Below, piece by piece: positions 1-7,609 of a stretch of 33,130 bases of DNA. Each line of letters starts with the position of its first letter. The stretch's first letter is position 1. Below the pieces are notes generated by a model that did not search any database, was not told the origin of the DNA, and saw nothing but the letters and a program-made list of their open reading frames with translations. Source of the DNA: a virus (Duplodnaviria > Caudoviricetes); the IMG/VR virus record IMGVR_UViG_3300028588_000065, positions 1-33,130 of that record; one strand, written 5' to 3'. The position numbers were made by a program, and so were the translations under genes.

Positions 1-279
1 GCCCCGCAGCAGCTCCCCACGGACTCGCTCGACGAGCTCGTGCCGGCACTCCTGCTCCTCGACCACATCGTCGAGCGCACCGACCGTCAGCGCTCGCCGG
101 AGCTCCCGAACCCGGACAACGTCCTGGGGGTGTCGTTCGGCATCCTCCTGCAGCTGCAGAACATTCTCCGGCTGGCCGTGTACGGGCAGCAGGGACGACT
201 GCAGCACGCCGACGTGAACCGGCAGCTGCCCGCCGTCGCGACAATGCTCGCACGGGCCATCCGCGCGGAGGTGGTCTGA
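1..279 (+). CDS. Phage hypothetical protein, 5'-truncated by window edge
   Basis: Frame open from base 1 to TGA at 277-279, GC-rich third positions, 2 nt before next ATG. Confidence 0.6.
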   Translation, partial: APQQLPTDSLDELVPALLLLDHIVERTDRQRSPELPNPDNVLGVSFGILLQLQNILRLAVYGQQGRLQHADVNRQLPAVATMLARAIRAEVV

Positions 280-281
280 CG

Positions 282-1046
282 ATGGCGCACAGGGCAACGT
301 CGTGGGCGTGGGAGCTGAAGCTGCCCGGCACGCGGAAGCTCGTTCTCCTCGCCCTCGCTGACATGGCCGACGAGTTCAACTCCTGCTACCCAGGTCAGGA
401 GCGTCTGGCCGAGATGACGAGCGTCGCCGTGATCACGGTTCGCCGTGCACTCTCGGAGCTCGAGCGGGACGGGCTGATCATCCGGGCACGACGTGCTCGG
501 CAGGACGGAACGAGGACCAGCGACCGATACCGCCTGGTCGTCGGCGCACAACCGGTCAAATTGACCACAGGTCAACCTGATGCGCCCAACCGATCATCTG
601 GGTCGCGCTCAACCGTTCAGGATGACCGCGCTTATGAATCCTCCAGTAATGAACCCCCAGAGGAATCACCAGAGAAGCGCATCTACCCCGAAGCGTTCGA
701 GGAAGCGTGGGCGCACTGGCCCAGGAAGAACGACAAGGCGCGGGCGCTGCAGCAGTGGCAGGCGGTGCGGAAGAAGCACCCCAGCCTCGATCTGACCGCC
801 GCGATCATCACGCACGGCGACGCGCATGTCGCGGCGGGTACCCCGCAGCGGTTCGTGCCGTACCTCAAGACGTGGCTCAGCGGCGACGGGTGGGAGAACT
901 CGCTACCCGAGCCGCACCCGTCAGCCCCACCGCGGAAGCTCAGCAACGCTGAGATCGCCGCCCTCGAATACCAGCGACTCTACGGAGGTCCCGATGGATC
1001 AGCAGGAAGCGTTCCGGCTCTTGGGCCGGGCGTCGGCGGTCGATAA
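282..1046 (+). CDS. Phage replication initiator (N-terminal winged HTH, replisome organiser-like)
   Basis: KLVLLALADMADEFNSCYPGQERLAEMT...VRRALSELERDGLI HTH pattern; C-terminal FEEAWAHWPRKNDK...YLKTWL motif typical of phage Rep proteins. Confidence 0.85.
   Translation: MAHRATSWAWELKLPGTRKLVLLALADMADEFNSCYPGQERLAEMTSVAVITVRRALSELERDGLIIRARRARQDGTRTSDRYRLVVGAQPVKLTTGQPDAPNRSSGSRSTVQDDRAYESSSNEPPEESPEKRIYPEAFEEAWAHWPRKNDKARALQQWQAVRKKHPSLDLTAAIITHGDAHVAAGTPQRFVPYLKTWLSGDGWENSLPEPHPSAPPRKLSNAEIAALEYQRLYGGPDGSAGSVPALGPGVGGR
549..675. repeat. Iteron-like repeats, probable replication origin inside initiator gene
   Basis: CAACCGNTCA at 549-558, 587-596, 610-619; palindromes GGTCAaatTGACC (554-566) and CAGGTcaACCTG (568-579); then three GAAYC..CCAG repeats. 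Confidence 0.6.
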
Positions 1047-1341
1047 CCGCAAGGTCACGCAGCTCGCCGCAATCATCTGGGCGGAGACGCTGCCGGACAT
1101 GTCGTACGACGACGCCGCGGACCTGATGAACGAGTTCCGCCGCGACAGCCCCGGTGTCTACCTCGAGCCAGGCCACCTGCAGCGGCAGAAGCGGATCCGC
1201 CTCGCTCGGACCAGGGAAGCCCGTGGACCGCACCCGCTGCCGCCGGCGGGGCAACGGTGGGCGGTCGACGCGATCGAGAACGACTCCGAGTACTCCGCAT
1301 CGGGCGGGGTGCTCGAGGTGAGCCATGACGACGCGGGCTGA
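994..1341 (+). CDS. Putative helicase loader/inhibitor-like protein
   Basis: GGAGG at 984-988 then ATG 994 (MDQQEAFRLLGRASAVDNRKV...W...L.D.SYDDA); position right after initiator. Confidence 0.6.
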   Translation: MDQQEAFRLLGRASAVDNRKVTQLAAIIWAETLPDMSYDDAADLMNEFRRDSPGVYLEPGHLQRQKRIRLARTREARGPHPLPPAGQRWAVDAIENDSEYSASGGVLEVSHDDAG

Positions 1342-1486
1342 GCTCCGCCGGCAGCGGGACGAAGCCCGTGCCCGCGCCGCCGAGCACCGCCAGGAAGCCA
1401 ACCAGCTGCGCGAGCGGCTGATGTACGTGACTGGCTCGTTCACCGCGGACGAGTACGGCGAGGTCGGGAAGGAGACCGATGGGTAG
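1325..1486 (+). CDS. Small coiled-coil hypothetical protein (53 aa)
   Basis: GAGG RBS, MTTRAELRRQRDEARARAAEHRQEANQLRERL..., bridges neighbouring genes; below ORF-track cutoff. Confidence 0.6.
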   Translation: MTTRAELRRQRDEARARAAEHRQEANQLRERLMYVTGSFTADEYGEVGKETDG

Positions 1487-3008
1487 GGCATCATTCGACC
1501 GAGTCGTCGGCGCGTTCCACGACCGGGGCCTCATCGTGCAGATGCACGGCAACGAGGCAGCCGAGGCGCAGGCCCCCGGGCACTCGGCGAAGGACCGATC
1601 GGTGTCGATCCGCTCGGTCGAAGGGCAGACCCTCATCCACTCGCACTCCGACCCGACCCCGGACGTCCTCGCCGAGCTCAACCTGTCCATGCAGGACCTG
1701 TTCGACGAGCAGAAGGGCGTCGAGTACAAGTACCACGACGGCCGGGTCGTACACCGGTCCCCCGACAAGCGGTTTCGGCAGTCCGGCAACACGAAGGGCC
1801 GGGACCTGTACCGCGTCGAGCGAGTCGGCCAGGCAGACCCGGTGTGGATGGCCGAGGGCGAGAAGGACGTCCACGCACTCGAATCGCTCGGCCTCGTCGC
1901 CGTCTGCACGGCGATGGGTGCTGGCAAGGCGGCGATGTTCGACCTCGCCCCGCTGCACGGCAAGAAGGTGCTCCTCGTCCGCGACATGGACGAGCCCGGC
2001 ATGAAGCACGCGCTGCAGGTCCGCGAACTCCTTGACGGGAAGTCGGAAGTCGTCGTCCTCGAACCGATGGTCGGGAAGGACGCCGCGGACCACATCGCTG
2101 CAGGCCACACCTGGCAGGAGTTCCGCCTGGCCCGTCTGCCGGAGCCCGAGGTCGAACCGGAGCCGGTGAACGAGGAGTTCGAGCGCCAGGTCGCGTACGA
2201 GATGGAACGCCTTGAGGTGAAGGACGAGGTGCGCCGGCGCAGGTCCGCAGTCGGCGCGGCCGTCCTGCAGCCGCTGTACCTCGACGAAGTCCTCGCCGTG
2301 CCCGACTCCCAGAACTGGCTCATCCCCGGCTTGCTCGAGCGTCGCGACCGGCTCGTCCTCACCGGCTCCGAGGGGTCCGGGAAGAGCTACTTCACCCGCC
2401 AGGTCGCAATCGCCGCGGCATCCGGACTGCACCCGTTCGACGGCCGCCAGGTCGAACCGGTCCGCGTCCTCGCGATCGACGCCGAGAACACCGTCCTGCA
2501 GTGGTCGCGGAACACCCGCTACGTCGCGAACATGGCCCGCACGTACGGCCGCGTCGACCCTGGCCGACAGGTGCTCGTCTCGGCGGGCATCCGGCTCGAC
2601 CTCACCCGCCAGGCCGACGTCGACCAGGTCCACCGGCTCATCGACCATCACCAGCCCGACATGCTCCTCATCGGCCCGCTGTACAAGCTCGTCCCCCAAG
2701 CCATCAACAACGACGACGACGCAGCACCACTGATCGTCGCGCTCGACGGTTTCCGGGAACGCGGCGTCGCGATGCTCATGGAAGCGCACGCCGGACACGG
2801 CAAGTCCCTCGGCGGCGAACGCGACCTGCGCCCCCGCGGCTCCGCAGCGCTCCTTGGTTGGCCCGAGTTCGGCCTGGGACTTCGCACCCTCGAAGACGAC
2901 GACTCGATGGTCTCCGTCGTCCGATGGCGAGGCGACCGCGATCCCCGTGACTGGCCGCGCCGCCTCCGTCGCGGCATCGCTGGCGAGATGCCGTGGATGC
3001 CCGCCTGA
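1479..3008 (+). CDS. DNA primase/helicase (TOPRIM + RecA/AAA_25-type ATPase)
   Basis: TOPRIM motifs MAEGEKDV, DMDEPG, GKDAADH; Walker A GSEGSGKS; LRPRGSAALLGWPEFG. Confidence 0.9.
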   Translation: MGRASFDRVVGAFHDRGLIVQMHGNEAAEAQAPGHSAKDRSVSIRSVEGQTLIHSHSDPTPDVLAELNLSMQDLFDEQKGVEYKYHDGRVVHRSPDKRFRQSGNTKGRDLYRVERVGQADPVWMAEGEKDVHALESLGLVAVCTAMGAGKAAMFDLAPLHGKKVLLVRDMDEPGMKHALQVRELLDGKSEVVVLEPMVGKDAADHIAAGHTWQEFRLARLPEPEVEPEPVNEEFERQVAYEMERLEVKDEVRRRRSAVGAAVLQPLYLDEVLAVPDSQNWLIPGLLERRDRLVLTGSEGSGKSYFTRQVAIAAASGLHPFDGRQVEPVRVLAIDAENTVLQWSRNTRYVANMARTYGRVDPGRQVLVSAGIRLDLTRQADVDQVHRLIDHHQPDMLLIGPLYKLVPQAINNDDDAAPLIVALDGFRERGVAMLMEAHAGHGKSLGGERDLRPRGSAALLGWPEFGLGLRTLEDDDSMVSVVRWRGDRDPRDWPRRLRRGIAGEMPWMPA

Positions 3009-3129
3009 CTCCCACGGCGACGGGCGCCGGCCCCGCGAGCAATCGGTCGGCGTTCGCGGCAACAGGAGTGCAGGTGTCTCCGTCAGTATCTGAGGATGTG
3101 ACCCCGCGGGGACCGACGGCGCGTGATCA

Positions 3130-3684
3130 TCAGGCTTCTTTCGGCAGACCGAAATGTGGCAGGTGCCGCCCGGCGACGTATCCCTCGATGAGTAACGGGA
3201 TGTTACCTTTGCGCATATTGCGCGCCTTCCAGAAGCGCTGCGGGTCAACGCCGTTGGGCACCCGCATCGAGACGATCTCGTCGATCTTGCGCAGGAGTTC
3301 CTGCCGCCCCGATTGGTCAAAGTCGTAGACGAAATCGCCAAGCTGAGCCCGTAGCCCAGCGACGACGTCTGAAAACTCGGACCCAGGGCCGTTCCAGTCG
3401 GCGTCGTCCACGGCTCGAACCCAAGTGCGCACCAGCCCGGCGAACGCGATCCGCTCGAGTTGCGCCTGCCGAAGCCGGTCGCGCTCCTGCCGCTTCTCGT
3501 CCTCGTCGCGAACGCGCTTTGTGTACTCGACGGTTTCCTGCGCCACTCGGTTGCTGCGCCGAGCAATCCACACAGTCACACCACCGACGATCGTCGCCGC
3601 GACAACGCCTAGAAGCCCGGTGCCGATCTCGGCCCACCACTCGTACGAGAACCACGGATGCCAGTAGGTCGCCAGCGGAGTCAC
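3130..3684 (-). CDS. Accessory single-pass membrane protein (moron)
   Basis: N-terminal TM (IGTGLLGVVAATIVGGVTVWIA), charged coiled coil, helical domain; antisense to phage genes; TACGGT 6 nt before GTG. Confidence 0.75.
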   Translation of the reverse strand: MTPLATYWHPWFSYEWWAEIGTGLLGVVAATIVGGVTVWIARRSNRVAQETVEYTKRVRDEDEKRQERDRLRQAQLERIAFAGLVRTWVRAVDDADWNGPGSEFSDVVAGLRAQLGDFVYDFDQSGRQELLRKIDEIVSMRVPNGVDPQRFWKARNMRKGNIPLLIEGYVAGRHLPHFGLPKEA

Positions 3685-3862
3685 CGGCTGACCGTACCGC
3701 GGTTCGCGTCGACCCGAAAGGACTCCTGATCCGCTGAAAGCCCAACTCGTTCACGCACCGGACCACCGCCCCACTGCAGCAACGTCCCGGCAACACCCCT
3801 ACATCGCCAAGGCCAGCACTTCGATACCAAAACGCTCGCCGCAATACTCCCAAGGAGAACTC

Positions 3863-4774
3863 GTGACCGAAACTACTACCAACGCTGACGTCGATCCGAT
3901 CGTCCTGTTGTCGCTTGCAGCGGCTCGTACCCGCCAGCGACTTCAAGAGGCTCCCGGCCTCGTCGCATACGTGCGGACGCTCGTCATCCCACAGACCGCA
4001 CAGCGCTCGGACGGTCTTCCTCGCGCTGCATCGAAAGAAGCGCCGGCACCGTTCAACACTGAAGCCGTGGACGAGTCAGACAGCGTGTACGCGCAGCTGC
4101 TCAACTGGGTCAGCTACTGGTCCGAGGCGCTGCACATCGCGCCGCCCGTCACCGCCTCATACGCGTGGGTCAACAGTCGAGAGGTGCAAGGGTTCCGAGC
4201 CGGCGTCACGCCGGAAGGTGCAGCACTGCTCGTGCGAAACATCACCGTGTGGCTCCTGCTCCACGAGGACGAGATCCAACGTCACGAGCAGGCCGCTGAG
4301 TACTTCGGAGACGTCGCCTCGATCGTCTGGAATCTCCGGAAGAGGTTTCCGCGTGACGGCCGCGGAACGAGGCCAGTGTTTCCTCGCCCATGCCCTGTCT
4401 GCGGCGACCCGTCGATGGGCGTCGAGTGGCACTCGGAAGGACTCGCCGACTTCACCCTCGTGTGCGCATACTGCGGCTTCGAGGGAAACACGGCTGCGTT
4501 GCTGAAGGACGCTGACGTACACGAGCTCATGCGCAACATGCGAGTCGAGGAAGCCGCCGAGGCGACGTCGTGGTGGACGAAGAAGCAGGCAGCGAGGGAA
4601 ATGCGGATCACGCCGCAGACCCTGAACCGGTACATCCAACACGACGGGTTGGAGACGCACACCGCTGACGGCAGCGTGTACGTCAACGCCGGTCAGCTTC
4701 GCGAGCTGTGGCGAACCAAGCAGGCCCGTGTCAAGAAGCGCCATCCAGACGAAAGCGAGATGATGTCGTCATGA
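3863..4774 (+). CDS. Zn-finger/HTH DNA-binding protein, putative late transcription regulator
   Basis: AAGGAG RBS; CPVC...CAYC and C-terminal HTH (TKKQAAREMRITPQTLNRYIQ); lies between replication and packaging modules. Confidence 0.75.
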   Translation: MTETTTNADVDPIVLLSLAAARTRQRLQEAPGLVAYVRTLVIPQTAQRSDGLPRAASKEAPAPFNTEAVDESDSVYAQLLNWVSYWSEALHIAPPVTASYAWVNSREVQGFRAGVTPEGAALLVRNITVWLLLHEDEIQRHEQAAEYFGDVASIVWNLRKRFPRDGRGTRPVFPRPCPVCGDPSMGVEWHSEGLADFTLVCAYCGFEGNTAALLKDADVHELMRNMRVEEAAEATSWWTKKQAAREMRITPQTLNRYIQHDGLETHTADGSVYVNAGQLRELWRTKQARVKKRHPDESEMMSS

Positions 4775-5253
4775 GACTGGACCAGATACGCGCCGCAATC
4801 AGCGGAACAAACGAAGATCACTGGCACCTGATTAACGAGGGGCCGCAGTTCAACTACAACCTGGGCACGATCAACGACGTTGCCACTGTGGCGGGCTACC
4901 ACTCCGCCCGCGCCGTCCTACGAAGCGACGTCGACGTGTCCATCGAATTCGGCATGACCGACGATCCCTTCGGGAGCAGGGAGGACTGGACGGAGGACTG
5001 GAGCTACTTCGCTGACTCACGGATCGCTGGCGAGTATGTGGACGTGTTCTACCGCGGCAGCCTTGTAGATAGAGTCCACGTCGCGTCCGTCGATGGCCAC
5101 CGCGCAGTCCTACCGCTGCCGCACAAGGTCGGCAATTCTTGGTCAGTTCTCGATTGGCCCTACCAGGTCGCGCGGGTCGTTGACAGCCTGACCGGCAACC
5201 ACTCCTTCGACGAATACATCACCAGAAGTGGGATCAAGACGATCCCGGCTTAG
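4771..5253 (+). CDS. Hypothetical protein (160 aa)
   Basis: ATGA overlap with previous stop; globular-looking sequence MRLDQIRAAISGTNEDHW...; atypical codon usage. Confidence 0.7.
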   Translation: MRLDQIRAAISGTNEDHWHLINEGPQFNYNLGTINDVATVAGYHSARAVLRSDVDVSIEFGMTDDPFGSREDWTEDWSYFADSRIAGEYVDVFYRGSLVDRVHVASVDGHRAVLPLPHKVGNSWSVLDWPYQVARVVDSLTGNHSFDEYITRSGIKTIPA

Positions 5254-5286
5254 ACCGGCCACCGGCGCACCTGTTCGTTTTTGCGC

Positions 5287-5292
5287 TATGAT
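5287..5292 (+). promoter_or_regulatory. Candidate -10 box (TATGAT) of tRNA/late transcript
   Basis: TATGAT after a T-rich tract, 73 nt upstream of the tRNA; no recognisable -35. Confidence 0.45.
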
Positions 5293-5304
5293 CTCCGTAA
5301 CACC

Positions 5305-5339
5305 GCATGCCCGCCTGACATCCCTGTCGGCGGGCATGC
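5305..5339 (+). other. Strong hairpin in tRNA leader
   Basis: GCATGCCCGCC-T-GACA TCCC TGTC-GGCGGGCATGC (15 bp with one bulge). Confidence 0.6.
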
Positions 5340-5365
5340 TGCATCCCGGCTCACGCGAGCCACCC

Positions 5366-5437
5366 GCGCCCCTAGCTCAGCGGAAGAGCAACGAGCTTCT
5401 ACCTCGAAGGTCGGCAGTTCGAATCTGCCGGGGCGCT
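5366..5437 (+). tRNA. Phage-encoded tRNA-Arg(TCT)
   Basis: Cloverleaf: GCGCCCC/GGGGCGC acceptor, GCTC/GAGC D-stem with A20, loop CT-TCT-AC, GGCAG-TTCGAAT-CTGCC T-arm; CCA not encoded. Confidence 0.9.
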
Positions 5438-5459
5438 CGACGTTGCTTGCGCGACTTCG

Positions 5460-6062
5460 TCACTTTGCCGCTGCGGGCTTGCTTCCGTCTTTAGCGTCCC
5501 GCCGAGCCCACCAGCTCTTCTTGGCCGGAGGTTGCTCGTCTTTCGCAGCGGCTCCGTGATTGCCGTCGAGGTCGTGTTCGTCCAGGAGCTCTTGCAGCCC
5601 TGGAAGAGCAGTCGTCGAGAACACCTCCTTGAGCTTCGGCACCGTCCGCAGGAGCGTCACGATGAAACAGAGGCCATTCGCGATGATCAGCACGGTTGAC
5701 AGAGGCACGCCGATTTCCTTCGGCGCATCCTTCAACTCCACAGCCCCTGCCAACGCGATGAAACTGGAGACAACACCGACCGCAGTGAAGACGACATAGA
5801 ACAGTGACTGGACCAGAGCCCGCTTCTTCTCCTGGTGCGTCAACCTGCGTCGAAGCTCGAGGATGTGCGCAATCTGCAAGGCGCGAACTGCCTTGACCAC
5901 GACCCCGTTTGCGTCATCCGAGTGCGACTTCGTAGCCACATCGGCTAGGTGCTCCAACTGACGGATCGACGAGCGATCTGCCACTTGCTGGAAGTAAGCA
6001 GCCACCAGCGGGATGAGCAGGCCCACGAAGGACACGGCGATTGGCCAAGTTAAGTTCCCCAC
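5460..6062 (-). CDS. Accessory membrane protein, about 3 TM helices (moron)
   Basis: Three hydrophobic segments; antisense; TAGGCT 6 nt before GTG. Confidence 0.75.
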   Translation of the reverse strand: MGNLTWPIAVSFVGLLIPLVAAYFQQVADRSSIRQLEHLADVATKSHSDDANGVVVKAVRALQIAHILELRRRLTHQEKKRALVQSLFYVVFTAVGVVSSFIALAGAVELKDAPKEIGVPLSTVLIIANGLCFIVTLLRTVPKLKEVFSTTALPGLQELLDEHDLDGNHGAAAKDEQPPAKKSWWARRDAKDGSKPAAAK

Positions 6063-6086
6063 ATCGCGAGCCTAGTGGGAAATGAC

Positions 6087-6343
6087 CGGTGCTCAACGCT
6101 GAGCGCCGCCGGGCTCCACCAACTTCCTCGTGCCCGCCGACACGCACCGCTACCGCATCTGTCGCCGGCCCGCCCTGTCACGGCGGGCGACACCGGCCAC
6201 ACCGCGAACCAACGCACGCGGCGGGAGCACGAGGAACCCTCTTCCGCATCGAGTCCATTCGGGTTGGCGCTCGATGCGGGACCCCTCAGGCCGCGATCCC
6301 CGAGGTTAGCCGCGCTGGCATGCGGAGCCCGGACGGGACGGCC
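6087..6343 (+). ncRNA. Candidate structured RNA (four consecutive stems)
   Basis: Stems 6087-6108, 6124-6139/6219-6236, 6244-6279, 6289-6343; no credible ORF; strand assumed from late transcription. Confidence 0.45.
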
Positions 6344-6369
6344 GACCACGTCAGCAAGGGAGGAACGCA

Positions 6370-6531
6370 ATGAAGCTCTCCGACATCCGCGCACTGCTCC
6401 TCGCGAACAGCATTAAGACCACTGCCGAGATTGATCGCTTCGACGTCAAGCGCACAGCCGGCGCGGTCATCGGCGTCGACCTGATGCTGTCCGACGGCAC
6501 CGTCACCTACCTGCCCGTGGAGGCATCATGA
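6370..6531 (+). CDS. Small hypothetical protein (53 aa)
   Basis: GGGAGG RBS, MKLSDIRALLLANSIKTTAEIDRFDVKR..., ATGA overlap with next gene; below ORF-track cutoff. Confidence 0.7.
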   Translation: MKLSDIRALLLANSIKTTAEIDRFDVKRTAGAVIGVDLMLSDGTVTYLPVEAS

Positions 6532-6878
6532 CCGCCCGCATCAGCACCAGTCGCACGATGACCGTGCAGTCCAGCCAGCTGTCCGTCGGCGACCTGCGTG
6601 CCTTCATCGAGGGCCAGCCGGACGACACCACCGTGCGCGTCACGACCTCGGGCGGTGGCAACCAGCTCGACCCGAGCACGACCACGCTGACCGTCACCGA
6701 GACACCCCGAGCGCAGACGGTGAGCAGCCCGCAGACGCACATGCACGAAGCCGTGCAGCACCGGGACCGCAAGGAACCCTGGTGCAACCACTGCGGCCTG
6801 ACCAGCGATGGCCGGGAGCCCGCAGTCCGGGGAGCCACAGCCAACCGGGACCCTCGGATCGCCCGGCTGCCCCGGTAG
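6528..6878 (+). CDS. Hypothetical protein with possible Zn site (HxH...H...CxxC)
   Basis: GGAGG RBS, coupled start, phage-like codon usage. Confidence 0.65.
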   Translation: MTARISTSRTMTVQSSQLSVGDLRAFIEGQPDDTTVRVTTSGGGNQLDPSTTTLTVTETPRAQTVSSPQTHMHEAVQHRDRKEPWCNHCGLTSDGREPAVRGATANRDPRIARLPR

Positions 6879-6953
6879 CCCGGATACCCCGAGACCCTGG
6901 ATGCCCGGATGGGTACCGACGCCCCGGTCGCCGCGGTGGGCCAGCCCGACCCG

Positions 6954-7061
6954 ATGACCGCACACCGCACCAGGACGAACACCCGCACCTCGCTCGAGCC
7001 CATCGGCTACGACGGCGAGGGTGCGCCGCTGTACGCATGGCAGCTCGACGACGAGCGCTGA
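6954..7061 (+). CDS. Possible tiny hypothetical protein (alternative start 6909)
   Basis: MTAHRTRTNTRTSLEPIGYDGEGAPLYAWQLDDER, GC3-rich, ends just before HNH RBS; no clear RBS. Confidence 0.35.
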   Translation: MTAHRTRTNTRTSLEPIGYDGEGAPLYAWQLDDER

Positions 7062-7076
7062 CGACAGGAGCACGAC

Positions 7077-7388
7077 GTGGGTGAGCAGTGGTCAGGCAGC
7101 ACACGCAAGCAGCGACTCCCGCGCGACTGGGAAGAGCGGCGCACCACTGTCCGCGATCGAGCAGGCGGTCGATGCCAAGCCACCATGCGCGACGGCACAC
7201 GCTGCGTTGAGGTCGGCACAGACTGCGACCACATCGTGCACGGCGACAACCACGCACTCTCGAACCTGCAGTGGCTCTGCTCATGGCACCACGAGAAAAA
7301 GACCGCACGCGAAGCACTCGAAGCACGACGATTCACGCGCGTCCCGTCGGCCCGTAAGCCACGCGAGAAGCACCCGGGACTCAGGTAG
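7077..7388 (+). CDS. HNH endonuclease (packaging-associated)
   Basis: RAGGRCQ...C...DCDHIVHGDNHALSNLQWLCSWHHEKKT; upstream of terS. Confidence 0.92.
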   Translation: MGEQWSGSTRKQRLPRDWEERRTTVRDRAGGRCQATMRDGTRCVEVGTDCDHIVHGDNHALSNLQWLCSWHHEKKTAREALEARRFTRVPSARKPREKHPGLR

Positions 7389-7429
7389 ACGCAGCCGCGA
7401 CGAACGTCCCGCACGCGAGCGCACAGAGG

Positions 7430-7520
7430 CCCCCGTCCACCCCCTCCCCCCGGGTCCGTCCTGGTCGTAGAGGTGCTGTGGCTCTCGCCGTGTACGGGTC
7501 TGGGGTTTTCACCCCGTTTT
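7430..7520. other. Candidate cos/packaging site
   Basis: Non-coding gap between HNH and terS with C-tract followed by GGGGTTTT; position typical for cos phages; exact cut not determinable. Confidence 0.4.
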
Positions 7521-7564
7521 ACCGCACCCTGACATTTCACCGGCAGGGCGCTCCACTCGACCCC

Positions 7565-7609
7565 TGACCGAAACGGAGCAGGCGGCCTCACCCGAAACGG
7601 GAGCTCACC
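7565..7609 (+). promoter_or_regulatory. Tandem CCGAAACGG hairpin element overlapping terS RBS
   Basis: TGACCGAAACGG (7565-7576) and ACCCGAAACGGGAG (7590-7603), 6 nt, ATG. Confidence 0.55.

Noticed and set aside
1073-3566. Long minus-strand ORFs (429 and 691 aa) over the primase-helicase
   Set aside because: Antisense shadows of a well-supported gene
6050-6416. ORFs 6075..6416, 6089..6373 and 6050..6394
   Set aside because: Arg/Pro/Ala-rich, no RBS or codon bias; the region is better explained by RNA structure plus the gene starting at 6370
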